In this document: positions 37,453-49,628 of the stretch, one piece after another
Numbering within the stretch: the first letter of the stretch is position 1
Layout: every line of letters starts with the position of its first letter
NCBI GenBank assembly: GCA_046563655.1
Contig: CM102290.1
Coordinates: 434,001 to 498,000 of the forward strand
Source of the DNA: Yuukianura sp. NJ FZ-2021
Lineage: Eukaryota
DNA length: 64,000 nt
Direction of reading: 5' to 3'
Program-made: the position numbers and the translations under genes
Notes under the pieces: model-generated
Database searches by the model: none
What the model saw: only the letters and a program-made list of their open reading frames with translations
What the model was told of the DNA's origin: nothing

Positions 37453-37558
37453 TTTTTGTGATGAGGGGCCTTTTTTGTCCGTACAACTTTTTTTGTGATG
37501 GGTAGCCTTTTGTGTCCGTACAACTTTTGTGATGGGGAGCCTTTTTGTCGATAACTTT
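37453..37558. repeat. Three-copy ~36-40 nt tandem repeat
   Basis: ttttgtgatg(a/g)g..gcctttt..gtccgtacaac repeated three times, the last copy degenerate. Confidence 0.8.
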
Positions 37559-37902
37559 TCGCGATTTTTGTGACGACTTGTCAATTCGGTTGATTCGGCA
37601 TAGGCCAACATTACACTGGGACAATTAAAATACTAAAGTGATTCTAGGACTGGCGGTGGTGGCTTTAGCTGGAGAAGGAGCAAGGTGATGATGTCCACGT
37701 TGCTAAGTAACCGACTAAAGTTGACATGGGTTGCGACTGTTTTAGAGCAACTGGGCACAGACACTCTGCTTGGTTTGTAGTTGCACTTATTACATTTAAG
37801 TAGAGACTAACGTAAGTCCATCCTGTGTCGCCGTGTACCAGTCAGTATAATACTGGCAAACAGACTCAGATCAGAAGAAAAAGCTGCCTTCGTCCATGTC
37901 CT

Positions 37903-39773
37903 TCATGTAATTTGCTGCTCCAGTTTAGCTGCATGCATTTTTGCTGTTAGAGATCCACTCTTTGGAGGTACTGAGGGCTTGTTTGGTGGGACTGGAGGCG
38001 GAACGCCTCTGCCAAGACTATACTTCTTCACTCCCAACACAGAATTCTTGTCACTGCTGTTTGCTTTTGCCTGAAGAAGTAAAAAAAAGAAGGAGTTAGA
38101 TTATCTTTTGAGTTACAACTTGAACTAAATGTTAATTGGTAAATCAAAGTGAAGTTGGATTACTTGTGGAATGAGGGAGCCTATGTTGCTAGTAGTGGGT
38201 GCTGGTGCAGGGTGCGGAGAGGTAACTGTCGAGTGAACTTGAACTGGAGATATTGACTTTGCGACCCCTGTGGCTACAATTGTTCAAATGATTAGAATAA
38301 TTACTAATTACCTAATTACTAATTACTTGGATAATTGCTAATTAAGTAATTGTAATTACTTGGTTGTGACACGGGGACAGAAGATACAGTGGCAGTAGGC
38401 CGAACGATAATCGTCTGAATGGCACTCTTCTTTACAACAGTATTGCTATTATTCAGTGAAGACTGAAACATTGCCACAGAATGGGCTTCTGCAAGTTGTT
38501 TCCTCAAAGCGTCGTTCTGTTCAGAAAAAAATTTCATGTAATTCAAGTATTTCAAGTATTTAGTAGTAATGGAATTAGATGAACTTACTTCGGCTCGTAA
38601 TTGTGCAAATTGGTTTTCAATTTCTATCCTGTAGCCTTCTTCTACCCGGACTAATGCCGTAAGCCGTTCTCGTTCCGTACGGAAACTACTTGCTTGTCTC
38701 TCCAACTCTGATTCCATATGTAATGCCTATAATGAACACCACAAAAGTTAACTTTTGATTCTTAGTCTCAAATTAATCAATTTGTTAATTACTTTCTGCG
38801 ACTCTTCTTCCAGTCCCTCTGCCATGGCAAGAGCTTGTCGTTTTTCATCTTCGAGCATTGCCAAGAAATCAGCGGATCGCTTCCCTTCTTCTACAAATCT
38901 CCGAATGATTTTTTTCCTTTCCGCTAGCAGAAGAAGAACGATGCTTTTGTGTCGTTGTTTGTCTTCCTCGTGAGCTGTTTGGGCATCTTTCAATTCCTTT
39001 GCCAGTCTTGCTCGAAGTTGCTTCTCAATTTCCAATTCACTGCGCAAACTAGAACCATCTGAGAACAACATGGAGTGAAATAAGATTTAATCGCAGATTG
39101 TTGAACACAAAACATGGGTTACGGAATGTGCTGACAGCTTACCTTTACTTGCCGAATTCTTGGCCTTCTCTTCATCCAATTCGGCAACTACTTCAGCATG
39201 AAGAGCTTGGGAATCAGTTAAAATTTTATTCAAATGCTTCATTGCTTGCCTCTGCCGTCGGACCAAGTTTTGAAAAGAAAGTTTTTGACTTTCCCAAAGT
39301 CTCATAAGCTCCACGTCGTCCTGTTAACCCCACAAAGTAAACATTACGACAACTCCAGGTCATTCCAACTGGGAAACAAGTGGAGTAGGACTTACTTTAC
39401 ATTCCGAAGAGCTCGCTTGCGTTGCAAAACTATCTCGCTTGAGAGCAGCGAAGGGGTCAGAGGTGAGGGAGTACTTATTGTCCGCCAAAAGCCGTTTGAC
39501 TCGTTCGCATCTGAGCGTTGCTATCACGATATCCCGAGCTTGAACTTCCCCTTCAAGATATGATAAGATTTTGAGCAAGTCCCCCTTGCTCAGTTCACTC
39601 GAAGGAGTCGGTTTCTCCTACAAACATAAACCGATTATGATTGCATGTTAGTTAATTCCGACTTGGTTTAGAACACTGAACAGCATTATGAATGATTGTA
39701 CCTTGATGGTGTTTGAATTGACAGTTTTGTCAAAGTATGAAGTCAGAACCTTATCCATATCGTCTGTCTCCAT
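37903..39773 (-). CDS. CTTNBP2NL: CTTNBP2 N-terminal-like protein (CortBP2/FILIP family; nausicaa-like)
   Basis: ELSKGDLLKILSYLEGEVQARDIVIATL...SDPFAALKRD, a long coiled coil (MAEGLEEESQK) and a C-terminal RGVPPPVPPNKP SH3-ligand motif. Confidence 0.88.
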
Positions 39774-40461
39774 GTTCCAATTTGGATCACACCACTCCAC
39801 CTCCTACCCCAAAAAACTAGCGAATAATCCGACTTGTATTTTTGCGTCAGTCAATCGTTGAGGCGCCTGTGATCGTCAAAATGGGGCGAATACCAAGGAA
39901 GCTTCTTTGAAAGCCACCACCTTCGATGGTTATGAACAGTACAACAACTATGTTATACTCGATGACGATGACGATAACGAAAACGATAATAAGACATTTC
40001 AGTTGACGGAAGCCATGTTGCTACAGTACCTGTCCACAAAATACAACTCAAATGAGATCGACAAGACGTAAATGTTGACAAGGTGACTTCAATAAACGAT
40101 GTTACAAAAAGCAATGATCCAACTTACCATAGTTTCTAGGTATCCTTAAAACCGTAAACGAGTCGAGATAACGGTCGCCATTGACCTTCCAGTAGCTGCT
40201 AAGCTGGAATCTTGTTACTCCACTTAACAAACGGCGTGTGCCCTGTTCAAAAGTCAAAATACAAACCGTACGGTATACTTCTATGTAGTAGAAGTTGAGC
40301 CAGAGGTCCTTATAGCCAAATCCCAGAAGAATTTACTCAAGTTCAATCTCTCTGTTCATGCTCTTCTCAAGTTCCGTTCCGTCACAAACATTCACCCGAA
40401 TCGTGCTTTCGTCAGATCATCCAACCATCGGCACTTTTAATCCAATTCAGGTTGCCAGATT

Positions 40462-40709
40462 TAAGGATCCAATTTATTTGGGTTGGGATAATGCTTCAAG
40501 ATTGTAATTGTAATCACACAGAACAGCCTCTTCGCGGCATCAATTTGGAGACTACACTAACCCGCTACTTACGCTGCCACTCTATGTTACCTATGTTTTT
40601 TAAGTTAGAGCGGCTGCAAAAAAGTTAGAGATTGCTTTTTTGGTTGACACCAATCATGGCTACGGAAGTGGCTACACTGTATGGCTACGATTACAATGGT
40701 TAATCCTTA
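40462..40709. mobile_element. Diverged MITE-like element family B, copy 1 (TAAGGAT...ATCCTTA ends)
   Basis: Shares ctacac...gc(a/t)acttacgc(a/t)gccact...gtggctacactgt and the terminus ggctac..a.at.gttaatcctta with 45538-45713. Confidence 0.55.
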
Positions 40710-41800
40710 CCTGACACATCAGAGTTGTTTTCCTGGATTACCATTTGCCAGATTCCAAAAACTGTAGTTTATAAATAGTTTATACCTCCAAAGGTTCTTC
40801 TGAACGAGTTCATTGCATTGGTGGAAATTACGCATGCATTTTCCTAGTCAGAACAAACTTTTAAAGTTACATCGTTTTGTAGACGTTGGCAAATAGTTGA
40901 AGTTAACGTGTAAATGCGATGCCGACGACTGCATGAAGCTTCGAGTAAGGTTATGGTGAATGAATCAATAGAAAACACGGCGACGGAACCACTTCTTACG
41001 TCACGACAAGCTTGTTCAGCACACTGTGTTGATTCATTCACCTTCACACCACCGTCGATGTCATTATTCATCCAAGCGTCCAGGGAGGTCCAACCATAAA
41101 GGAATGGCGCTTGAACAGGGTAAAATACTTTGGGAGGAAAGTTTTTTATGCAATCAATCGATCATTCTTGCAATATTTCGCTGAATTTCAGGAGAATTGC
41201 AACCAAACATGTTTCCCTGAAAGCAACGAATGAAAGGTGGGAAGCCAAATTTCTAAAATGGCGACACTCTGCATGAAGTAATTCTCCGCAGTATGAACTC
41301 AAGTTAGGAAAAATCTAAGAATTTTAGTCAAGTTTTTGTTTTGACTATCGTTAATTGTTTTTGGTACGCTCGTCAGCACTCATGTCACCTAATTTTTGTT
41401 ACAGAAACGTCTCCATCTTTGTCTTTAAGTTGACATGGCCCACAATGGACACATGATGGAGGTTCTTCCAGCATCATTATCAGCTCTTATTGATCACAAC
41501 TCATATTTGTCTATGAATAATTCAGATCTTCTCTGTGTGCATGTTGGACGAAGGAAACGAAGAAGCAGTAAGTGTCGCTTCATTCTTTATGGATGACCAA
41601 CCCCAGAGAGAGTCCAGCAGAAGTTCTGGAAGTCCTTGCGTGACATGTCATGTCTCAAACAAGAATTTGGCCCATTTTCTTTTGTAATCAATCACAAGTA
41701 GCCACGGAGTCTTCATTTGATTGGACAGCTTTTGGTCTTTAGGATTCGGGGTTGGGTCTTGTCCAGAACACTGCAGTTAGGTTTCTAGTTTGAGAGACTT

Positions 41801-44223
41801 ATGGACTCTGGACGTGAACGGAAGACGGAAATGGACGAAAGTGACACCGAAGTTGAACTGTACTCAACTGTTGCTAAGAAATCGGAACCTAGTGACGATG
41901 CCCCGATTTCAAAGAGTCAAGCACTAGTCAACGTGACTCAAAAAGTTGGAGATGGAGAGAATCGTATGAATGTCGCCAATGATGGCGACGTTAAGGAGAC
42001 AGTTGAAGTGTCGGAGGTCACTAAATCCAAGGAAGACGACGTTCCTAAGAAGGCTAAACGACGCAGAAGCACCAAGAAACATGGGCTGGCTGCAGCCATT
42101 ATTTCTGCAGCAACTTCGACGGCTGCCCCTGCTCGGCCAAGGGAGAGCAACTACGTCATTGTTCCCGAAGACTTTAGCGCGGTAAGAAAAGATTTTTTTG
42201 AAAAAGTTCGAAAAAATTTTAAAAAAAAAATTTAAAAAAACCTCATTTTTTAACCTCAGGTCAAAGGTGAGCAGTCTGCAGTGCTGGGAGAGGAAAACAA
42301 GTCTCTTTTATGGTTTCTGATCAAGCAGCTCCGACCGGGAATGGACCTGTCACGAGTCGTTTTGCCAACGTTTATTCTCGAACCGAGATCGTTTCTGGAT
42401 AAGATGTCTGACTTCTACTACCATGCTGACTATTTGTCCAGGTAAGATAACAAGATAAGCTACTTACACATCCCAAACCGCTAGAAACCAAATGACCTTG
42501 ACCTTTGAACTGTTGCAGAGCTTGTGTCGAAAACGATCCACTTCTTCGTATGAAATCTGTTGTCCGCTGGTACGTTTCTGGCCTGTACAAAAAGTCTAAA
42601 GGGCTTAAGAAACCCTACAATCCGATACTGGGCGAAACATTTCGGTGCATGTGGACACATCCGTCGGGGTCCCGGACATTTTATGTCGCTGAGCAAGTGA
42701 GTCACCATCCTCCAATCACAGCGCTCTATGTCACCAACAAGAAGGACGGATTTGTCATCTCGGCGACCATTACTACCAAATCCAGATTCTACGGTAACAG
42801 ATACAACCTTCAATACTTTTCAAAAAACCAAATCTGTTCAGAATCGTTTTTTTTTTCAAAACTTAGGCAACTCAACGACAGCAATGCTGGACGGAGTGGC
42901 GACATTGACGCTACTGGCTCACGGAGAAAGTTATGAAATGACCATGCCATTTGTACACTGCAAAGGAATCGTCCTTGGGAACTTGTCCATGGAACTCGGT
43001 GGGCAAGTGTCCATCGCATGTCCAACGACCGGCTATCTCACGGAACTGGATTTCAAAATAAACGTTAGAGCTTTTTGTGTTAAAAGTTATTAAAATATTA
43101 TTATATTAATTAGTTAATTAAATTAATTAATATAATAAATAATACTGGTTTTAGAGTCTCCTGTCCAGAAGTGACCAGACAAACCGAGTTTCCGGAAAAA
43201 TTAAGTTTGGAACCGAGACGCTGCTAACTGTTGATGGACACTGGGATGACAAAATCACTGTCAAGGGCAAAGGATCGGACGTAAACATTTCAGATTCAGA
43301 CACTTTGTGATCAACTTGACCTCGTGACCTCTGACCTCACATGACTCTTCCAGGTTGAACAAGTGCTTTGGGAGGTTACGGATGAAATCAAGGGGGCCAG
43401 GCTGACTCGATACACGATTCCTCTAGAAGACCAGGCGGACAACGAGTCAGAGAAGTTGTGGCTCAAAGTGTCGGAGGCCATTGGTCAAAATGACCAGGAA
43501 GGTGCGACTATTGAGAAAATGTTTCTGGAAGACAGTCAACGACATGACGCTGATGAGCGGAAGGCAAAGAATATCAACTGGAAGCCGCAATACTTCAAAC
43601 AGGTAGGTCAACTTTTAAAAAAAAATCAAAAACAAAAGAAATTGAGCCTCTCAATCTTGCTTTGACTTGAAGGATGGACAGGAATGGCGCTATGAGCACG
43701 AAGATCTCAGTCCATGGGATGACAACAATGACATCCTTCAGTACGAGCGTCTCTATGTCATTTCTACCCAACGGAAGCGAAGTCCTCAGGGAACACAAAA
43801 TGGATCTCTCGTGTCCATACGCCCACAACAACTGAGTCAAGTAACTGAAACCTAAGCATACTACGCATGTTTGTCCAATTTTGTTTGACCTTTGACCTTT
43901 TGCTTGACATTTAGTATGACCTGTTGCAAGCTGGGTCATCAGACAAGGTCGTTCCGGCATTTCACCAACGTGCTAGCAACCGGCAGTTGGTTGACCTCCT
44001 GCGACAACTCTTGACACGACAAATGGAACAATCTGAAGAAATTGAGCAACTGAAAGAGGCAGTTGCAGAGATTCAGTTGAAATTAAGACCAAAACAGGAG
44101 GATCCTTTCCGTATGACCAGCACAATACTGGCAGTAGTTTTTGGAGTGGCCATGCAAATCTTTGTGATACTGTTCTGGTTCAGTGATGGAAAACTTATTC
44201 CGGTCTACAGAAAACCTTTCTGA
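41801..44223 (+). CDS. OSBPL8: Oxysterol-binding protein-related protein 5/8-like (ORD plus C-terminal TM; no PH domain seen)
   Basis: EENKSLLWFLIKQLRPGMDLSRVVLPTFILEPRSFLDK, KKPYNPILGETFRC, EQVSHHPP, a coiled coil and C-terminal TM (ILAVVFGVAMQIFVILFW). The start codon is tentative. Confidence 0.9.
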
Positions 44224-44717
44224 AATCAGCATCATAACAATCAACAACGGTGAAACATGAAACTAATTGTATTTGTCATTTTTCTGGATTTGGTGTTGCA
44301 AACATTTTGAAAAGTTTTTGAGTTGAGTACTCACTGATGAACACATTTTAAAAATATCTTTAAGTTTGTCTTCACAAATTCAATTTTTCTGTGCAAATAT
44401 GTTTGCGTTTGGTATCAAACATTGAAAAAGTGACGTTTGTTGATACATTAGATGCCACAAGAGTTTTCAGGCACCAGACTATGACATGAAGCGGATCGTC
44501 ACGATTGAAAATTGTATCAAAATAAATTTATAAAAAATGAGAAAGAAAGTGTCGACTTACTGTTGGAGCTAACTTAAGTTTAAAGCTGTCTTCAATTGAA
44601 ATTTAAAGTGATTTTTGATACAGTGTAATTTCGAAATTTAGTGTGATGTATTTGACGATGACTTGACTGGGTGTTGTTTAGTTTGCATATTTCGGGCGAG
44701 TTCTGCTGCTTCGACGT

Positions 44718-45083
44718 TTAAAGTTCGTCGTCGACGACCGACTTGAGCGTAACGTCTTTTCCACACTTGGAAATGATTTCAGTCATGCGAGCGTCTGATG
44801 CCGATCCGCGAATTTTTACCAACTTCATTGGCAAGTCCACTTCGTAGGACTGGACCTCTTGACCTGAGAAAAAATACAACATCAATTAATCTAAATGCAA
44901 TGCATTGGAAACAAAATTTGTTGTAACTGTACCGATATGACGATCCAAGATACGTTTGACGGCTCCAACGCAGCCTTCACATGTCATCTCAACATGGAAC
45001 TCGAAATTCTACAGCCCATAAAAATGTTATTCTCATAAGTACATGTTCTAAGTTTTAAATGCCAGGACACGTACCTTAGGCAT
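44718..45083 (-). CDS. ATOX1: Copper chaperone ATOX1 (76 aa, 3 exons; absent from the ORF track)
   Basis: Exons 45083-45075, 45008-44933 and 44863-44718 give MPKNFEFHVEMTCEGCVGAVKRILDRHIGQEVQSYEVDLPMKLVKIRGSASDARMTEIISKCGKDVTLKSVVDDEL*, with the MxCxxC motif. Confidence 0.92.
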
Positions 45084-45537
45084 CCTCGTAGTGTGTCTTG
45101 TCCTCGTTTCAAACTATGACCAAATTCTTTGTCCAGGAATGTGCCAGCGAAGGTTCCTACAAGTAGTAAGTGAAATTGTTTTAGTGATATGCTAAGGTTA
45201 ACAGCCGATAAGGAATGACATATGTTATGTTCTTATGCAGTCTGTGGCCGCAATTTGACTTTGATGTTACCTTTAGTAGAACAATCTAATCTGGCCGAGC
45301 TGTGGTAGTGGTGACTACTGACTTAAGATTAATCCTTGCTGAAAGTCCAAAGTCGATTACTCAATTAACCAACAAAGAATCAGCTGTTTCAGTTGTCTTC
45401 CTGTTTGTCCGGTTTGGCTCCACTGCTGTCTGTCCAGGGAGCGGTAAATGACAAATGGCACAATTGCCAATTTGAGGTGGGGTAATTGCGGAATTTTTGG
45501 TTGAAGTAAGGTCTAACTTTAACAACTGCAAACTCTC

Positions 45538-45713
45538 CAACAGTGTAGCCACCCCGACATATTTAAGAGCTCCAAATTGGTGGCCACTTTGTGAGGAAAC
45601 CTATGCTGCCACTTTACATCAGATTAGGTTCGCAGAAAGTGGCTGCGTAAGTTGCTACTCAGGTGTAGCCACAAAAATGCGGGTACGGCTACAAAAACGA
45701 TCGTTAATCCTTA
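45538..45713. mobile_element. Diverged MITE-like element family B, copy 2 (partial)
   Basis: The reverse complement aligns to ~40545-40680 and the copy ends in gttaatcctta like copy 1. Confidence 0.55.
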
Positions 45714-46238
45714 TCTCAACCCCAATTTGCTGAGATTCGGAGAACAGTGGGGAAACGTTGCTATGACGTTTTCTAAATCTCTCAGTCTAAAATAGTTGTG
45801 CAATCAATAAATTGTCTTCGCGGAAATGGTTGCTATGGGAATTTAATCAATTATGTTCATGTTTAGTGTTTAGATTCGTTTGCGGTAGTCCGTGAGTCAC
45901 GGATGTTTGGATCTGCCCATGTCTGTGTTGGCATTTAACCAAAGTTCAAAATACCTCTTGACACTGCAGTGTCAAGAATTCCTGGATAAATTGTTTGCTT
46001 CGATTTGTTCATCTGACTGATTTTTGATGCTTTGTTCATCAAAGAGGTAATTATTGGCTATAGTCCTTTTTACCGGTGTGAATTACTGAACTTAATTAAT
46101 GTCACTGCAAGAACAAGTATGCGTAGATATGTGGTGTGTAACAGAGTGACAGGACAGAACGAATGAAAACAAACACGACAGGTCAACATGATTTGTTGAC
46201 TAATCAATTTTTAAACGTTGGTTCTGCTTAGGCCGAAG

Positions 46239-49200
46239 ATGTTGCCATCTTTGTCCTTCTTTCGCAACGATACATGTCCATTCTTCAAGGCTGGACTGTG
46301 CGAACGTCCTCACTGCCCGTTTCGTCATACTCGGAGGTCATCCTCATCGTCTCCGTCAAGTAAGTAACACTAAAAAGCGTATTTCTTGATTAAAACTTCT
46401 GGGGGTACCATAATGACGTATTTTGTTTGGCTTAGAACGTCGTGACGAAAGTTCAAAGGCATCAGAAGCTGTCTATCCAACACCAGACTCTGATGCTGCC
46501 GTGCTGCCATTAGACCCTCCTGAAACGTTAAAAATTAAACCAGACTTGAACGGGAAGAAAGTCGATGTCGAGGATACAACCAAAGCTATCACTAAGAAGA
46601 CTGAATTGGCACAAAATCCACCGGAAAAGTCCGCTCCAAATATCAGCAGCTCATCTGCACCAGCAGATACTGGCAAGCCAGAATTGGATGAACAGCAACG
46701 ATTAGAACAAGAATACGAAAACATTCTTCTTGGCAGCGACGATGAAGATGAAGATGAGGATGTCATCATTGGGTCAGACGTAACCGACCAATTTCTACTA
46801 CCTCAAGATACTGATGCCGAAGATGCAGCTGAACTGGTTGATGCTTGCTACAAAGAATGGCTAAAGTCAAACCAGGAGGAGCCGAAGGCCAAGAGTCCAA
46901 CAAAGGAAATCAAAAAGGATGAACCAAGGCAGCAATCTTTTCATTCGCCTAGCAAGAAGTCTGAATCGGACAGTAGTGCTTCCTCATCTTCTTCTTCTTC
47001 ACCTTCCAAGCGCCGTTTGGCTCATCATGCAGATTCATCCAAGACATTATCTGCTCGACCTCCAGCAGCTCTTCCAAGGAAACAACAACCAACTCCTGCT
47101 CAGACGCTTCAGCGACGTCTGGAAGAAGCACGTAAAGCTAAAGCCGAAGCTGACGCCAAAGTTGCTACAAATCGGGTCGTTCCTGGCAAGGATACACTGC
47201 CGAAGTCTCCAATTTCAAAATCACCATCTCTTTCTCCTAAACGTAAATTAAGTGAAACGGGACTCGGAAGTTATCAAAGAAGCAGTTCGGATCCTGTTCC
47301 TGCTCCGAAACCGGCCGTGACAAAAACAGTTCCTCAAACTAACGAAAAAGGGGCAGCGAGAAAGGCCCACACTCCGGTTCTCACTCCTCCGGTAAGATGG
47401 TTTCAATTACTAGTTGATTCTGACTGATTTATTGACTAACTTATTGTTTATGTTTTTCAGGAAGTACGGCGTACTCCAACAATTCCCGGGGACAGTATTT
47501 TGGCTTCCAAAATTCCTTTCATAACTCGCAAACATACGCTGGAACAATTGTTCAAGGCCTGTGAAAACATTTACGACAGTAACGAAGACGCTTGTCAACG
47601 AGCCGTTTCGGAAGAACTTGCTCTGGCTAAACACAAAAGTAAACCGGTTTACATAGGAGCATCGGCAAACTGCTTGAAACGACTGAGAGACGAAGCAGCA
47701 ACTGTTGTCAAAGAATCCGCAGGTACGAACTGTTTACAACGTTGTTTAAATCGAAATTTTGTTTCTTTTTTCTTATAAGGTTATGCTATAACTCCTTGTT
47801 TCTTGATTTTAAATTTTGTGAATCTCACATCTTCCGCTACCCTTACGCGCTTCCGTTACGTTAGCAATTCGCAATCAAAACGGTAGATTCATATAGCAAA
47901 AGCGTAAAAAAGCGTTAAAAGAAAACAAGATTGGTCCAAAACCTGTTACGGCATTTGTGTAAATGGTCGCTATAGCAACCTTGAACTGTTTAGTAAAGTA
48001 ATTATTGATAAACTAACAATGACTTTGAAGTGTATGTTACTTTCATTCTGTTTTATTCAGGTCAGCTGAATGGTTCTGCCAAGATGCCTTCCAGAGTAGA
48101 CCCAAGACAGGAAGCTGAATTTGTAGAAAAACGATCTCTTTACCAAGCAATGAAGAAGTATTTATTAACTCCTGAGCAATTGACTGACAATGGATTTCCA
48201 AGGACTCATCCCAGTGGAGATCGCGGTAAGTTGCAAGTTTTTGGTTACAAAGTTCAAGTTTTGGGTTTAAATTCCAAATTTTTAAAAAAATAAAATGTAT
48301 ACCTGGTGTTTTTTTTAGGCCGAATTACTACGAAGAGTCGCAAGTTCAAAACGCCTTACAGCGGAGATCCTTCCAAGAGAGTCTGTGATCGCTGTCACAA
48401 GGAATTTACGATTGGTCTGGACGGAACACCCTGCATCAAGGAAATGTGTATCTACCATCACGGTAGAAATTTCAAGCGACGCGGTAAGTTTAGTCTTTCA
48501 CTTTCAGAATTTCATAAGTAAGTTTTTGTGTTTTTGAAATTTTATGTTTTTTTTCAGTTCAAGGAAATTTCGAAGGACGATACACTTGCTGTGACGGTGA
48601 AGCGAACTCTCGTGGTTGTACTGTTGCCAATCAGCATGTTTCTGTTCATCCGTCGGATGAAATTTACGGGTTCGTGGCTGCTGTTAAGGACGCTGGAGAT
48701 GACCTAATGATGGGCAGCGATCCGTGGGATGTTGTGGTACGATTCTGCAATTTTTGGGTTGTCCAACGTAATAATCTTCGTTTTTGACCATGTCCAGGCC
48801 TTGGACTGTGAAATGGTTTATACCACCTACGGAAACGAATTGGCCCGAGCTACCTTCATTTCACTGGACAAAAAAGTGTTGTAAGTAATACCATGAAGTC
48901 AACATTTTTTGAAAAACTTGTTTTTGAAAAAGTTTTTGAAAGTGCTTTGTAAAATTCCAGGTACGATGAGTTGGTAAAGCCAATTCATCCTATCATTGAC
49001 TACAACACAAGATACAGTGGAATCACTGAGGACATGATGAAAAACGTCACCGTGACGCTGACTGACGTCCAAGCCGTGATGCTCACCAGAATTCGTCCAA
49101 ATTCGATCCTGATTGGACACAGTTTGGAGTCTGACTTGATGGCACTCAAAATCAAGCATGACTTTGTCGTGGACACTTCCGTGATGATGCCGCATCGTAT

Positions 49201-49387
49201 GGGGCCTCCTTACAAACGGGCTCTGAGGACTCTTGCGTCGGACCACTTAGGAAAAATTATTCAAACCGGTGAACATGGACATGACAGTGAAGAGGATGCT
49301 GCCACGGCGCTGGAACTCGTCATCTGGAAAGTCAAGGAAGATCGGATGATCCTGGGCTGCGGAGATCCAAAGAGACTCAAGTACTAA
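46239..49387 (+). CDS. REXO1: RNA exonuclease 1 homolog (DEDDh; elongin A-binding protein 1-like)
   Basis: N-terminal MLPSLSFFRNDTCPFFKAGLCERPHCPFRH, Cys/His domain CDRCHKEF...CIYHHG...YTCC, and exonuclease motifs ALDCEMV, IGHSLESDL and GHDSEEDA. Confidence 0.92.
47737..47983. mobile_element. MITE-like insertion in a REXO1 intron
   Basis: Ends caacgttg...caaccttg, flanked by the 9-nt direct repeat AACTGTTTA (47728-47736 and 47984-47992). Confidence 0.6.
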
Positions 49388-49394
49388 AAATATA

Positions 49395-49628
49395 CAGTAG
49401 AACCTCTCATGTCGCAACTTTTAGCTCCGCCTCTCTAGACCGGAGGTGGTAGTTTTACGGTATACTCGTGGTGTACCGTAAAACTTAAATTTATGGCCGG
49501 ATTTTACTAGTTACTGACAAAACGCTTCGGGCGGTCCAATATCTCAGATGGGATAGAATTTAAAGCCATACGGTTGCCGGGAAAACTTTTTTTTTAATCA
49601 ACGTGTTGCATAATGAGAGGTTCCGCTG
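49395..49628. mobile_element. Tc1/mariner (pogo/Tigger-type) MITE
   Basis: Imperfect 24-nt TIR cagtagaacctctcatgtcgcaac / gttgcataatgagaggttccgctg, with TA on both sides. Confidence 0.85.

Noticed and set aside
41435..41800. ATG 41435 exon as the ORP8 N-terminus
   Set aside because: Splicing to the 41743 acceptor hits stop codons in all three frames before ATG 41801, so it is treated as a uORF or UTR.
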